A stretch of DNA of 41,291 nt from Octopus bimaculoides (GCF_001194135.2 NC_068991.1:9977836-10019126); one strand, 5' to 3'. Shown: positions 23,666-35,200, numbered from the stretch's first letter. The notes: generated from the sequence alone by a model not told the origin. Program-made: numbers and translations.

Positions 23666-24489
23666 GTACATAGTCTTGTTAGATCTAGATTAGGGAAAGG
23701 ATACCCATATCCATAGAGAGATCAGTTACTCAGAACCATTTATAAAATATGCAAATTCAGACATGACTAAACTGGTTTGTGTAATTTGCATAACATTGCA
23801 TGCATGGAAAATATGGATAATTAATTATTTAATAACAGCATTTTCCTGCTTGAGAAGAGATAAAAATCTGTGGTATAAACATTTCGTTTACTTTTTAATT
23901 GCGAGATTAAAATTGCTTGATTATTAGAAAAGATAAAACCTTACATTACAAATTGTTCTTCCTCACCAGAAACAAAAAAAAATAAGATGGAGTAAAATAT
24001 TCTATGGGAAGCCAGATAAATTTAACATTATTCTTCACCACATACATCTGGAGAAGATAGCTTCTACATGGTCGTTTTATTTGCTAGAAATAGCAACCAA
24101 ATCTCTCTTTGTGGTTTGCTGGAGATTTGGCTGCTATTTCAGTCGAGGGTCATACATTCCCCATGATAAGTCAATCGAATCACATATCACCCAATAGGAA
24201 CCTTAAAAAGGTTCTCATTCGGTAATATGCTCTAGGGCTCCCTGCATAGAAACAAAACAAAAAGAAGAAAAAACAATTAAAGGGGATAGTTTTAACTGAA
24301 ATGTCTTCGATCAAAGGTCTGCTTGATGATGTCTAGCCTGAGGTTAAACAACAACAACAATGACCTTATACACATAGAGATACAATCACATGTAACTATA
24401 TACCCCTTCCCAAACCCACATATAACTATATACACTTATATCCCCCACACATACACGCACACACATGCATGCACACATGGGAACACACC

Positions 24490-24630
24490 AAAGCCACACT
24501 CCGATGTGAACTTTTGCAATTGTTTTGGAAGTGTTTCAGGCCGTGACATTTCTCTATCTACTTCGCCGATTAACATGTTTACCTTTTCTTTGACTTTTAA
24601 AATAGAATCTAAAATATCAGTTAGACATTT
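24490..24630 (-). CDS. Candidate exon of an unidentified minus-strand gene
   Basis: After ...actaaacagttag the frame reads KCLTDILDSILKVKEKVNMLIGEVDREMSRPETLPKQLQKFTSE with protein-like composition. The donor is uncertain (AAG|gtaaac or further downstream) and I recognise no homolog. Confidence 0.25.
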
Positions 24631-24864
24631 CTAACTGTTTAGTCGAGTGGAAACACAAGAATATTGTTTACACATTACAGCAAAATAATATATCTCAATT
24701 TCAACATACATACATGCATGCATACATCTATACATCATACATACATATATACACACACACACACACACACATATATGCATATGTATGTGTATGTATATAT
24801 ATATATATATATATATATTAATATATATATATACACATATATACATACATGCTCACAAACACAG

Positions 24865-24970
24865 CAAGCTAACAGAATTGTCAACATGGCAGACAAAACA
24901 CTATGCTACATTTCTTCTGACTCTTTACATTCTGAGTTCAAATCTCAGTGAGGTTAACTTTGCCTTAAAG
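24865..24970 (+). mobile_element. Truncated SINE family B copy
   Basis: ctttacattctgagttcaaatctcagtgaggttaactttgcc. Confidence 0.65.
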
Positions 24971-25077
24971 GAACAGATTGATAAACTGAAGTGTTACTAA
25001 AAGCTCAAAAGATAATTCTACCATTCCGACACCCAAAATATATGCAGTGCACTAGCAGAAATCAACTGGCTGACACC

Positions 25078-25768
25078 CAGCACTGGATTAACCAATAAAC
25101 AATATAAGCATGTGCTTAGAACATCAAGGGAAGAGGGCACCACAGAAATGGTTGGTTTACGGCACAAAAGAAAACACTTTAGAATTGCTAAAATAATTTT
25201 GGGGATGCCTTGTCGCTACTAAGTATAGAAGCAGATGTGTTACGAAAGATTAATTCTGAGGATATGATCAAATATTTTGCAATAAAAAAAAATGGGGGAA
25301 AACTTTTCAAATATAAATGAAATAGAAGTATACAAAAAGAAAAAATAAATGTTATTTTCCATCTTACCGTCAATTTTGCTTTACTTTTGAAAAGTATACA
25401 TTTATTTTATGGTTTACTGTTGCTTATATTTTGAATTACATACACACACACACACACATATATATGCCAGAAGATTTGCAAATCTAATGGAGGCCTCAAA
25501 AGACATTTTAAGATCCACAAAAGATTAGAACTTATCTCCAGCTCTTGGTGGTCCAAATTAGATATGCAATCTATGTGGGTGTCTTTTCAGAACAATGTCT
25601 GGTTTAAAAAGTCACATCAGATGCCATGATGGTTCTAAAGTGTAGGTACAGGGGGTGGTCAGACTCTGCATAAGGAGTAGACAACCACCATATATATATA
25701 TATATATGGGGAGGGGGACCCAAATCTTTTAAATGCATAGAACCTCTACGGGTCTTAATCCAGCCCTG
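25078..25768 (+). mobile_element. Internally deleted hAT DNA transposon
   Basis: Imperfect TIRs: CAGCACTGGATTAA (25078) and TTAATCCAGCCCTG (ending 25768). Internal 25204-25320 reads DALSLLSIEADVLRKINSEDMIKYFAIKK, like the hAT C-terminal dimerisation motif L.LLSIE.D......D.I..FA.KK. Confidence 0.7.
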
Positions 25769-26624
25769 TTGATGCTGGTGTTTCTCAGAATTCTCAAGAG
25801 ACTATGACTGATGATCCTTGAATGGATCTTCTTGGTTCTGCTTACATTTTAAAGGTGGATAGGAAGGGCTATAATCTTTAACCACTCACTATTATATTTG
25901 TGTGCAAAGCACCAACCCTCATGTCTTATTAACTTTAAAATGATGACACAGCAGTGATATACAAATCCTAAAATAATTGATGTATGTGGTGCATCTGCCA
26001 TCATGGCCGATGTAATGAGTGAACAGAAGAAAATGTGTGTGTGTAAGAGAGAGTGTATTTGTGTGTAGGGTGTGTGTGTGTGTGTGTGTGTGTAGTGGAG
26101 TTCCTTCAGGAATTGTAACTATATATTTCACATTACAAGAAAAGTCATATATTTTGATCCTCTACTATTCAGTGTCCCTGTCTATATTTCTCAATCTTTC
26201 TCTTAATCTCTGCCTGCTTGCCTATCTATCGTTTTCTTTCCTTCTCTCTCCCTCTCCTAGCTATCTGTCTATCTATCTATCTATCTCTTTCCCCCTCTTT
26301 TCACAAATACTAACCTGAAGTATTACAGCTGTGAGTTGAATTGAGATCTTCAATCTATATTCCAACAAGTTTGTCTTTGCATATACTTAGAATCCACCCA
26401 ACTCACTCTCCCTCAAATACAAAGTCACCTTTCTTCATTCCTCTAAAACAATCTGCCATCTTTACTGTGCTCCAAATTTTCCCAACCCCAAGAAATGTTC
26501 TTTCAATCCTATTCCTCTAAAACCAACTACTCTCCAAATTATTCCAACCTCCAAGAAATGTTCATCAAACTCCATTCTTCTAAAACAAGAAGGGACATAT
26601 ATATATATATATATGTAAATATAA

Positions 26625-27012
26625 GTGGAGGTGCAATGGCCCAGTGGTCAGGGCAGCGGACACGCAGTCGTAGGATTGCGGTTTCAATTCCCAGACCGGG
26701 CGTCGTGAATGTTTATTGAGCGAAAACACCTAAAATTCCACAAGGCTCCGGCAGGGGATGGTGGCAAACTCTGCTGTACTTTTCCACCACAACTTTCTTT
26801 CACTCTTACTTCCTGTTTCTGTTGTGCCTGTAATTCAAAGGGTCAGCCTTGTCACAGTCTGTCACACTGAATATCCCGAGAACTACGTTAAGGGTACACG
26901 TGTCTGTGGAGTGCTCAGTCACTTGCACGTTAATTTCACGAGCAGGCTGTTCCGTTGATCGGATCAACTGGAACCCTCAACGTCGTAAGCGACAGTGCCA
27001 TCAACAACAACG
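26625..27012 (+). mobile_element. Full-length tRNA-headed SINE with (CAA)n tail
   Basis: Head ggaggtgcaatggcccagtggtcaggg...ggtttcaattcc and tail gatcaactggaaccctc...caacaacaac. Its 3' part recurs inverted at 28056-28190. Confidence 0.75.
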
Positions 27013-27459
27013 TAAATATATATATTATTCTTAAACAAAAGTATTCTTGATAGTGACTCTGAAATCACTGTCAATAATATTCTTGTTTAGGAATAAATTT
27101 GTACTCTACAAAAGTAGAGAATAACTCACCAGATTAATGTAGAATTGTTTTTACTATAACTAAACATAACACACACACACACACACACACTCTGATGTAT
27201 GCACTTACATAATTATGGTATGAGCTGAAACCAGAAATTCGTTTGTGAATAAACAACATTTCTTTGATGCTGATGGAGGAGGTGTTAGCATTGGAGGTGG
27301 TGGTGTCTGATAGAATTGATGTCATTGCTAATAATTATGTTGGCGGCACTGATTATGGTTGTTATTGATGACAATGGTGATGACAGTGTTGATCATCAAA
27401 GTGGTCGTCAGGACCACTAATTTGTTCTTTTCCAAATCTTTTGGAACGTTTTTCTATGA

Positions 27460-27647
27460 CCAATCAGCAAATGATTCCTCACCTAGGTTTATGACGATGA
27501 ATGACCGAAAGAACTTGTTAAGACATTTACCGTTTAATTATGGAGTGTAGAGAAATTTCATTGGTTGAACTAAAGTACAGATGACTGCTGTGTGTGGAAT
27601 GTGACAAGCATGCCTATTGGGTAAATGCGAGTGCATGCTTAACCAAT
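27460..27647. promoter_or_regulatory. Cluster of four CCAAT boxes, possible promoter
   Basis: CCAAT at 27460 (gaCCAATcag) and 27643; ATTGG at 27560 and 27616; non-repetitive context. Confidence 0.3.
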
Positions 27648-27886
27648 GATTGCTAGTTACAGGCAAGTCACGGGACTGACTTCAATGTATTTATTTTTCT
27701 CTTGTTTATTTATTTATTTTTTGTTTCTTCTCAATAGAGTTCAAGACAATTGTTCATTATAGCTAATTCAATTCTTTACATGGATGTGTATGTGTGTATG
27801 TTTATATATGTGTTTGCTTATTTATATTTATAGGTGTTTCTTTCTCTCCCTCTATATGTGTGTGTGTGTGAGTTTATATATATATA

Positions 27887-28031
27887 TCATCATCATCGTC
27901 GTTTAACCTCCGCTTTCCATGCTAGCATGGGTTGGACGATTTGACTGAGGACTGGTGGAACCAGATGGCTACACCAGGCTCCAATCTGATTTGGTAGAGT
28001 TTCTACAATTGGATGCCCTTCCTAACGCCAC
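27887..28031 (-). mobile_element. SINE family A copy
   Basis: Reverse complement of the family core. Confidence 0.8.
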
Positions 28032-28055
28032 CATATATATATATATATATATATC

Positions 28056-28190
28056 GTCATGGCACTCCGTCGGTTACGACGACAAGGGTTCCAGTTGATC
28101 CGATCTTTGGAACAGCCTTCTCATGAAATTAACGTGCAAGTGCCTGAGCACTCCACAGACACATGTACCCTTAGCATAGTTCTCGAGGAG
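28056..28190 (-). mobile_element. 3' fragment of the SINE at 26625-27012
   Basis: Reverse complement of about 26875-27005 with several mismatches. Confidence 0.75.
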
Positions 28191-28429
28191 TGACTTACTC
28201 TCAGATGTTTTTAATATCAGATGCATTGAGAATATATTCTCTTATGTCTAAAACACAGCTGACCCATGAACTAGCAACACACACACACACACCTTGTGTA
28301 TATGTGTTTGATTTTGTTTATATACCTCAAGCTGCTTCTAATTCATATTTGAATATATATATATATACATATATATTGCTCTATATCTTAGAGTGTGCTT
28401 CTTCTTTCAGATTTATGCTTTTTACAGAT

Positions 28430-28775
28430 GATATATCATCATCTTCATCATCATCATCTTCATTATCATCATCGTTTAATGTCTGCTTTCCATACTGGTA
28501 AGCCAAGAGGCTGCACCAGTCTCCAATCTTATTTGGCAAGGTTTCTACAGCTGGATGCCCTTCTTAACACCAACCACTCCAAGAGTGTAGTGGCTGCTTT
28601 TTATGTGCTACTGGCACATAAGCCAGTCAGGAAGCACTGGCATTGACCATGCTTGAAAGGGGCTTTTTACATGCCACTGGCACAGGTGCCAGTCAGGCAG
28701 CACTGGCATCGGCCACACTTGAATAATGCTTTTTTCATGCCGCTGGCACAGGAGCTAGTCAGGCAGCACTGTAAA
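28430..28775 (-). mobile_element. SINE family A copy with three internal 66-bp repeats
   Basis: Family core followed by gcttttt...ctggcaca...cagtcagg.agcactg units starting at 28596, 28662 and 28728. Confidence 0.75.
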
Positions 28776-29147
28776 ACGAGCATTTTAGAGTGTAACATAT
28801 AGTATATGTGCATATATAAAAAGGAGAGATGACAAAGGAATAAATAATTATCTTAGGAACTTCAATAGCTTACAGCTGTTTCTGCTGCTGTTGCCTGTAT
28901 AAACACAAATGTAATTCTTTCCTAAATAAATTGCACTTCATATTGAAAGCTCCAATGAAGTTACAAAGTGTTTTTCAGGCTCCCAACTATTAGTCCATTG
29001 CATCTCATAGCAGAAACAACTGTAACCTAATGAAGTTCATAAGACAATCATTTATTCCTTTCTCATCTCTCTTTCTTATTACTATACTCTGAAACATACA
29101 CATATTGAGTTCTACACTGGGTTATTGGTCTCACAATGCCTAAGTGA

Positions 29148-29500
29148 AACATGGTTCTGGGTTCAGTCCCACTGCGTGGCACCTTGGGCAAGTGTCTTCT
29201 ACTATAGCTTCGGGCCGACCAAAGCCTTGTGAGTGGATTTGGTAGACGGAAACTGAAAGAAGCCCGTTGTATATATGTGTATATATATATATATATATGT
29301 GTGCGTGTCTGTGTTTGTTCCCCCAACATCGCTTGACAACTGATGCTGGTGTGTTTACGTCCCCGTAACTTAGCGGTTCGGCAAAAGAAACCGATAGAAT
29401 AAGTACTAGGCTTCCAAAGAATAAGTCCTGGGGTCGATTTGCTCGACTAAAGGCGGTGCTCCAGCATGGCCGCAGTGAAATGACTGAAACAAGAGAAAAG
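29148..29500 (+). mobile_element. SINE family C, near full length and little diverged
   Basis: Close match to the consensus across both halves. Confidence 0.85.
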
Positions 29501-29507
29501 AGAAAGG

Positions 29508-29539
<32 letters not shown>

Positions 29540-29914
29540 ATTGATATTAGGTAATATAAGCAGCATTTCGAGACAGAAAAGTAATAACAGCCCTACTGAC
29601 GCCCCCTATCCCTCTTTGCCAGTCAGTCATATTATTAGTTACACTTCGGAACACCTACTCTTTCCTCATCATGAATTTGGTATATTAAATATATTTTTAT
29701 TTGCTATTTAACTGTAATGTTCAGACACCAGAAATATTGTTTCACACATAATTTGTCAGCTGCTTAGCACAAACAGGAGGACTGAGTTATTTTCTACTAA
29801 TGTTCAATAAAGTGAAGTACTGTTCCTTGATTCAATCGTTTCAATAAGAAATGGTGATTATAGATATACATCGAACACCACTTTTATTAAAGCCATAATA
29901 ACTAATATATCAAG

Positions 29915-30155
29915 AGCTGTGTGTGTAAGTATGTGTATAGGGCTCACAACCATGAGGTAGTGTGCTTGATTCTCAGACCACGTTGTGTGTTGTGTTCTTG
30001 ACCAAGACACTTCATTTCACGTTGCTCCAGTTCACTGAGCTGTAGAAATGAGTTGCAACATCACTGGTGCCAAGCTGTATCAACCTTTGCCTTTCCCTTG
30101 GACAACATTGGTGACACAGAGAGGGAAGGCTGGTATGCATGGGTGACTGCTGGTT
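29915..30155 (+). mobile_element. SINE family D copy, abutted by the mariner fragment
   Basis: gtgttgtgttcttgaccaagacacttcatttcac...gctggtatgcatgggtgactgctggt. Confidence 0.7.
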
Positions 30156-30462
30156 GATGTGTTGGGCACAGTTGAGCGAGAGACCAACAAAACTCCTTGT
30201 AACACCAAAGATGAACTGAAGGCAAGGATTATGGCAGCATTAAACAACTTAAACAAGGAGACCATCCAGAAGAGTTGCAGGTGATTCCGAAGTAGTCTGG
30301 GGGCCCATGGTTGATGCCAATGGTGATTTTATTGAATAAATTTACTCCTTAGTATTTCAACATATTTTTATGTAATTTTGATAAATATATCTGTTAAAAT
30401 GAGATGTCGGTGATATTTTCATTTTTGCATAATTTACACGACAATATATTCACCGCACCCTG
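30156..30462 (+). mobile_element. Tc1/mariner (maT/DD37D-like) transposon, 3' end
   Basis: DVLGTVERETNKTPCNTKDELKARIMAALNNLNKETIQKSCR*FRSSL-AMVDANGDFIE*, followed by a terminus CACCGCACCCTG and TA, i.e. a CAGGGTG-type TIR at a TA site. Confidence 0.7.
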
Positions 30463-30517
<55 letters not shown>

Positions 30518-30683
30518 GTATGTATATGCACGCATAGCATCATCACCAACATTTTAACTTCTGCTTTTCTATGTTTGCATGAGTGAGACGAAACAGAATA
30601 AGGTTGATTTTTCTATTCTAATACTATTCCTGTCATCAACCTTTACTTGTATATATACACATATAGATAAGCATGTATGTACA

Positions 30684-30746
<63 letters not shown>

Positions 30747-31624
30747 GTATATGTATACATATATACACACATATATAAATTTATATGCATGTGTGTATAT
30801 ATATATATATATATTTATGTGTGTTGTATTTTAGGAGTGTCATTTGCCAATAAGGAAGCACTGGCATTTCCTTATTGACAAATGACCCTCCTACACCAAG
30901 ATACGTCTGTTTGAACAGGATTTCTCATCAAAAAAATTTTTATAAAACAAATACAAAAAAAAAGGAACATTACTTACCCCACCACACCCCCCCTGGTCAG
31001 TCTTTAATCATTATTTGTATTAGTAAACATGGGATGTTCTTTTGTCTCAAGCTGGTTCCTTTTTCTTTTGTCTTTTCTTGTTTTGTTGCTCATTGATCTC
31101 TATGTCTCTCTCTCTCTCTCTCTCCAATGAATCATACATTTATATTCATTATTTATTATTTGAGTATCACTGTTAATTATTAATAACATCAATATGCTTC
31201 TCCATCTTTTTCTTTCCCCACTTGTGTTACACTACGATTATCCATCCATCTATCTATCCACCTTCTTTCTCTCTCCTCATGAATTAAAAATTTCTCTAGC
31301 TAAACTCACTGAAAGATAAATACATTCTTAAAGAAATTTGCTTTATCTCTCAGAAATCCTCTTTCTCTGTATTTTAAAAGATAAAGGCATCTGCTTTTCT
31401 GTTGGTTGGTCAGTGTCTCATTCTTACTTCAGATAATTTGGTTTTATTTTATTTTATTTTTGCGTCTCTAGCAAGCTGCACATTATTTTACTCATTGATC
31501 TTTTTCCAACGAATCATCTGTTTGTATTTATTATTGTATATTTGAGTATTGTAGTTAATTATTAATATGGTTAGGTTATCTATCCTGTTTTTCTCTGACT
31601 TGCTACGCTGAAATATATAGACTA

Positions 31625-31860
31625 CTGTCTTTCATCTATCTACCTACCTACCTACCTGCCTGCCTGTTTATCTATCTATCTATATATCTACCTGTCTACC
31701 TATCTATCTTTTTATCTGTCTATCTATCTATCTATCTACCTACCTGTCTATCTACCTACCTACCTGTCTATCTATCTAGCTAGCTAGCTATCTACCTACC
31801 TACCTATCAGTCTATCCGTCCGTCTATCTGTATGTCCATCCATCCATCTATCCATCTTAT
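31625..31860. repeat. (CTAT/CTAC/CCAT)n tetranucleotide block
   Basis: Visible directly in the sequence. Confidence 0.9.
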
Positions 31861-32084
31861 TTCACCCTCCTTATAAATTAGAATATTTTTTTTGTATCTG
31901 GACTTGATGTTATTGTAAAGAAATTCTCTTTATTACTCAGATAATCCATTTCCCTTTCAGAAATCCATGTTATGGGATCAGGGCTTTCATAAAATACATG
32001 TGTTATAATTTCTCGATCTGGTTACTAAACACAAAGTAGTTCTGAATAAAAATCTCATGCATGGCTGTATGGTCAAGAAAGTTA

Positions 32085-32290
32085 CTTGGCAGCCATGTGG
32101 TTTGAGGTTCAGTCCTATTATGGAGCACCTTGGGTAGTATTTTCTGCTATAGCTTCAGTTGATCAATACCTTGTGAATGAATTTGGTAGGTAGAAACTGA
32201 GTGTAAGCCTATCACATATGTGTGCGTGCGTGTGTGTGTACTTGTCAACCAGCACTGCTTGACGACCAGTGTTGGTTTGTTTGCATCAAC
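32085..32290 (+). mobile_element. SINE family C copy
   Basis: Diverged head and spacer. Confidence 0.7.
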
Positions 32291-32338
32291 CAGTACTCAA
32301 GCTTGAAGATACACTGGGTCAGCCAGAACTGCCTTTAA

Positions 32339-32556
32339 CCCGTTCTTTACCAACCCAGCTGAAACCTGCTCTGGCTCTGAGTACAAATGTCATGTTTTCA
32401 TAAGTTTTGAATTAAAATCTTCCACCAAGCCTTAGCCACAAATTATGTTCCTAACACTAGCTGAATAACTAAGTTATTTTACTAAATTCTTTGTTATGTT
32501 TAAAATTCATTGAAAGAAACATAGAGCATCTCAAAATAAATACAGTAACAAAAGGG
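32339..32556. mobile_element. piggyBac-type MITE (218 bp)
   Basis: Structure TTAA|CCCGTTCTTTAC...GTAACAAAAGGG|TTAA: TTAA on both sides, CCC/GGG ends and imperfect ~12-bp TIRs. Confidence 0.7.
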
Positions 32557-32734
32557 TTAAGCAGCATCTGTACAACCACAGGTCTTCTTTTAGGGTCCTG
32601 AAAAGACATTACATCACATCCCTAGCCAGCCACATGTGGCGCCTTGAAAAAATTCAAGTACTGGGAACGTTTCATTTAACTAAAACCCTTAAAGGCTGCA
32701 GTCCAATGACTGAAACAAGTAAAAGATAAAAGAT

Positions 32735-32782
<48 letters not shown>

Positions 32783-32974
32783 TTATATATATATATATAG
32801 ATAGAGAGAGATATGTAGACAGATAGATAGATATGTGTGTGCGTGTATATATCTTTTGATTTTTACCTGTTCCAGTCATTAGACTGGCCATACAGGGACA
32901 TCATATTCATATATATATTCATATGCATACACATTCATACTATTTAGTATTTAAGAGAGTATTATATATCCATG

Positions 32975-32980
32975 TTTATT
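32975..32980 (-). terminator. Candidate polyadenylation signal AATAAA of the dynein gene
   Basis: AATAAA on the minus strand about 14 nt after the stop codon. AT-rich context makes a chance match possible. Confidence 0.4.
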
Positions 32981-32993
32981 TTCTCAGTAAAAT

Positions 32994-33255
32994 TTAATCG
33001 TCAGTTTGGCATAATAAAGCAGTTCCCTGCTTGATCCAGTACTGGACTGGTTTTGCTGTATTCAAAAGGATGGCCAGGACAAAGTTAGTAGAGTGACCAG
33101 TGGTTGACAAAGTCCCTCGTCTTTCACTGGTCTTATAAACTGGACAATTGTAGCGGCTTCCATCTTCAATGATATTGTCCTTGTAGCTGGGTTTCAACCA
33201 AATCAGAGGCATTGGTTCAATTAGAACCCTTGGTAACTGGTCAACAAGGATACCT
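32994..33255 (-). CDS. DNAH12: Axonemal dynein heavy chain, terminal coding exon
   Basis: Acceptor ctcttttgcag, then (CT)A=L and GILVDQLPRVLIEPMPLIWLKPSYKDNIIEDGSRYNCPVYKTSERRGTLSTTGHSTNFVLAILLNTAKPVQYWIKQGTALLCQTDD*, stop TAA at 32996-32994. CP.YKTSERRG.LSTTGHSTNFV is diagnostic of inner-arm dyneins, and the LCQ.DD end resembles DNAH12. Confidence 0.95.
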
Positions 33256-33484
33256 CTGCAAAAGAGAAATGGTACATTTGAAATGGATATATTAAAAGTC
33301 TTAGTAGTTGATTCAAAGGTATAATTCATGCGGGTTTTTTTTTTTCTTGTTGTAAATATCAAATCAAAGTAGAACACATTGCTACATTACACACTTGTGG
33401 AATAAACTATCTTGCTACAGCTAAGTGACAGACCAATTATCTTGTCAAGATGAAATAGTGGAGTTAAAATATAGGTGCATGTGT

Positions 33485-33760
33485 AGCACCTTGACAAGTG
33501 TCTTCTTCTATAGCCTTAGGCTGATCAAACCCTTGTGTGAGGACTTGGTAGACAAAAACTGAAAGAATCCCATAGTATATATAAGTATATGTGTGTTTGT
33601 GTGTGTCTGTATTTGCTCACCACCACCACTTGACAACCTGTGTTGGTGTGTTTATAGCCTTGTGACCGAGCAGTTTGGTAAAAGAAACTGATAGAACAAG
33701 TACCAAGCTTACTAAAAAAAAAAAAAATACTGGGTGGTGGGGAGCAATTTATTCAACTAA
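33485..33760 (+). mobile_element. SINE family C copy in the last dynein intron
   Basis: caccttgacaagtgtcttcttctatagcc...gcatggcca. Confidence 0.75.
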
Positions 33761-34024
33761 ATTTTTTCAAGCATGGCCAAGTAAAAATTAAAAAAAAACC
33801 CCAAAAACACTCTATGGTCTTGAACAAGACACTTCATTTGATGCTGCTTCTGTTCACACATCTGAAAACGAGTACAAACAACACCTGGGGATGAACTCTT
33901 GGCTTGCTGGGTTTCCCACTCAGGGAGTGTCTTGTACTCAGTCACTTAAATGTCTTGGAAACTTCCATAATCTTGGGGGTTAATTATTCTACAGGCTCAT
34001 GATTGTAACATTCTGGTTACTTAC

Positions 34025-34116
34025 AGATTACAGTCCCAGCGTGCACCATCAAGGAACAATCCATGGATGTAAGCTCCGTCGTCGGGTGGGGTCTCAGATT
34101 TTGTGATAGGCAACAC
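34025..34116 (-). CDS. DNAH12: Axonemal dynein heavy chain, penultimate coding exon
   Basis: 92 bp, acceptor tctttccag and donor gtaagt. Translates VLPITKSETPPDDGAYIHGLFLDGARWDCN plus CT, matching the P.DG.YIHGLFLDGARW motif. Phase 0 start fits the upstream exon and phase 2 end fits the last exon. Not shown in the ORF track. Confidence 0.93.
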
Positions 34117-34544
34117 CTGGAAAGAGAAAACACCCACATGTTTATTTGGATATGTTTAACCCCCCCCAGCACCCACCACACTATCACTACCACCACCTGC
34201 ATCTCACCATTGACAGTCACCACTATCAACTCCATCATCATCTCTGCCATCCCCAGTAGTAGCAGCATTAGCAACAGCGCCACCAATCTGCTAGAGAGGG
34301 GTTATCCATGACAAGACTAAAAACCTTTCCCTCAATCCATCACCAGCGTTTGCATTTATGGAAATATACACAGATTTATATGTTAAGATGTTCACTTGAC
34401 AACAAGGTTGATTTGAGATCAATCTCATTGCACGACACTTTCAGTAAGCATATTCTTCCATAGCCTCAGTTTGACCAATGTCTTGTGAGTGAAACTAATA
34501 AACACAAACTGCATTAAGCCAGTGTGTGTGTGCATATATCATCT

Positions 34545-34670
34545 TCATCATTTAACGTCCTTTGTCCATGCTGGCATGGGTTGGACAATTTGACTAGGCT
34601 GTGCCAGGATCCAGTCTGATTTGGCATGGTTTGCTATGGCTGGATGCCCTTCATAATGCCAACCACATCA
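34545..34670 (-). mobile_element. SINE family A copy (dynein intron)
   Basis: Diverged reverse-complement core. Confidence 0.7.
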
Positions 34671-35075
34671 TGATTGTGAGCTCAATGCTCCAACCACTGA
34701 GCCATGTGCCTTCACTTCTCTCTCATACATACATATGACAGACTTCTATTGATTTTCATGTCCCAGATCCACTCATAAGCTTCAATACTTTGCTCTCCGA
34801 GGCTATAGTATTTAGTGATAAGATAATATGTTGAAATACAGCAGACAATATTTAAGAAGGTCACAAAGTTAGTTGGGTTGGTAGTCACCAATTTAATAAA
34901 TACCATTATAACGTGTATGACATGAATGTAAAAACGAATATCAAAGAATTGGTGCTGCATAGCGAGATATATATAAGCCGTGAAATGAAATCAGATAAAA
35001 ATAAAATGAGCTGCACGTTGTTGGTTGTAAACGCTATAATAAATTCATAACAGAAACATTGAAACAGCACTAGAG

Positions 35076-35200
35076 CCATTAAATCTGCAATTGGTTAAGT
35101 TGGAGATGAATATAGAACAGGTGCCACATAGTAGAAAATGATTTTTCTGCTTGCTATGTGGCACCTGTTCTTTGTTGTAAGTGAGTTGCAGATTTAATGG
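35076..35200. other. Long two-stem hairpin in the dynein intron
   Basis: Perfect 15-bp outer stem (35076-35090 / 35186-35200) and perfect 18-bp inner stem (35114-35131 / 35154-35171), with AGAAAA/TTTTCT pairing inside the loop. Confidence 0.8.
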
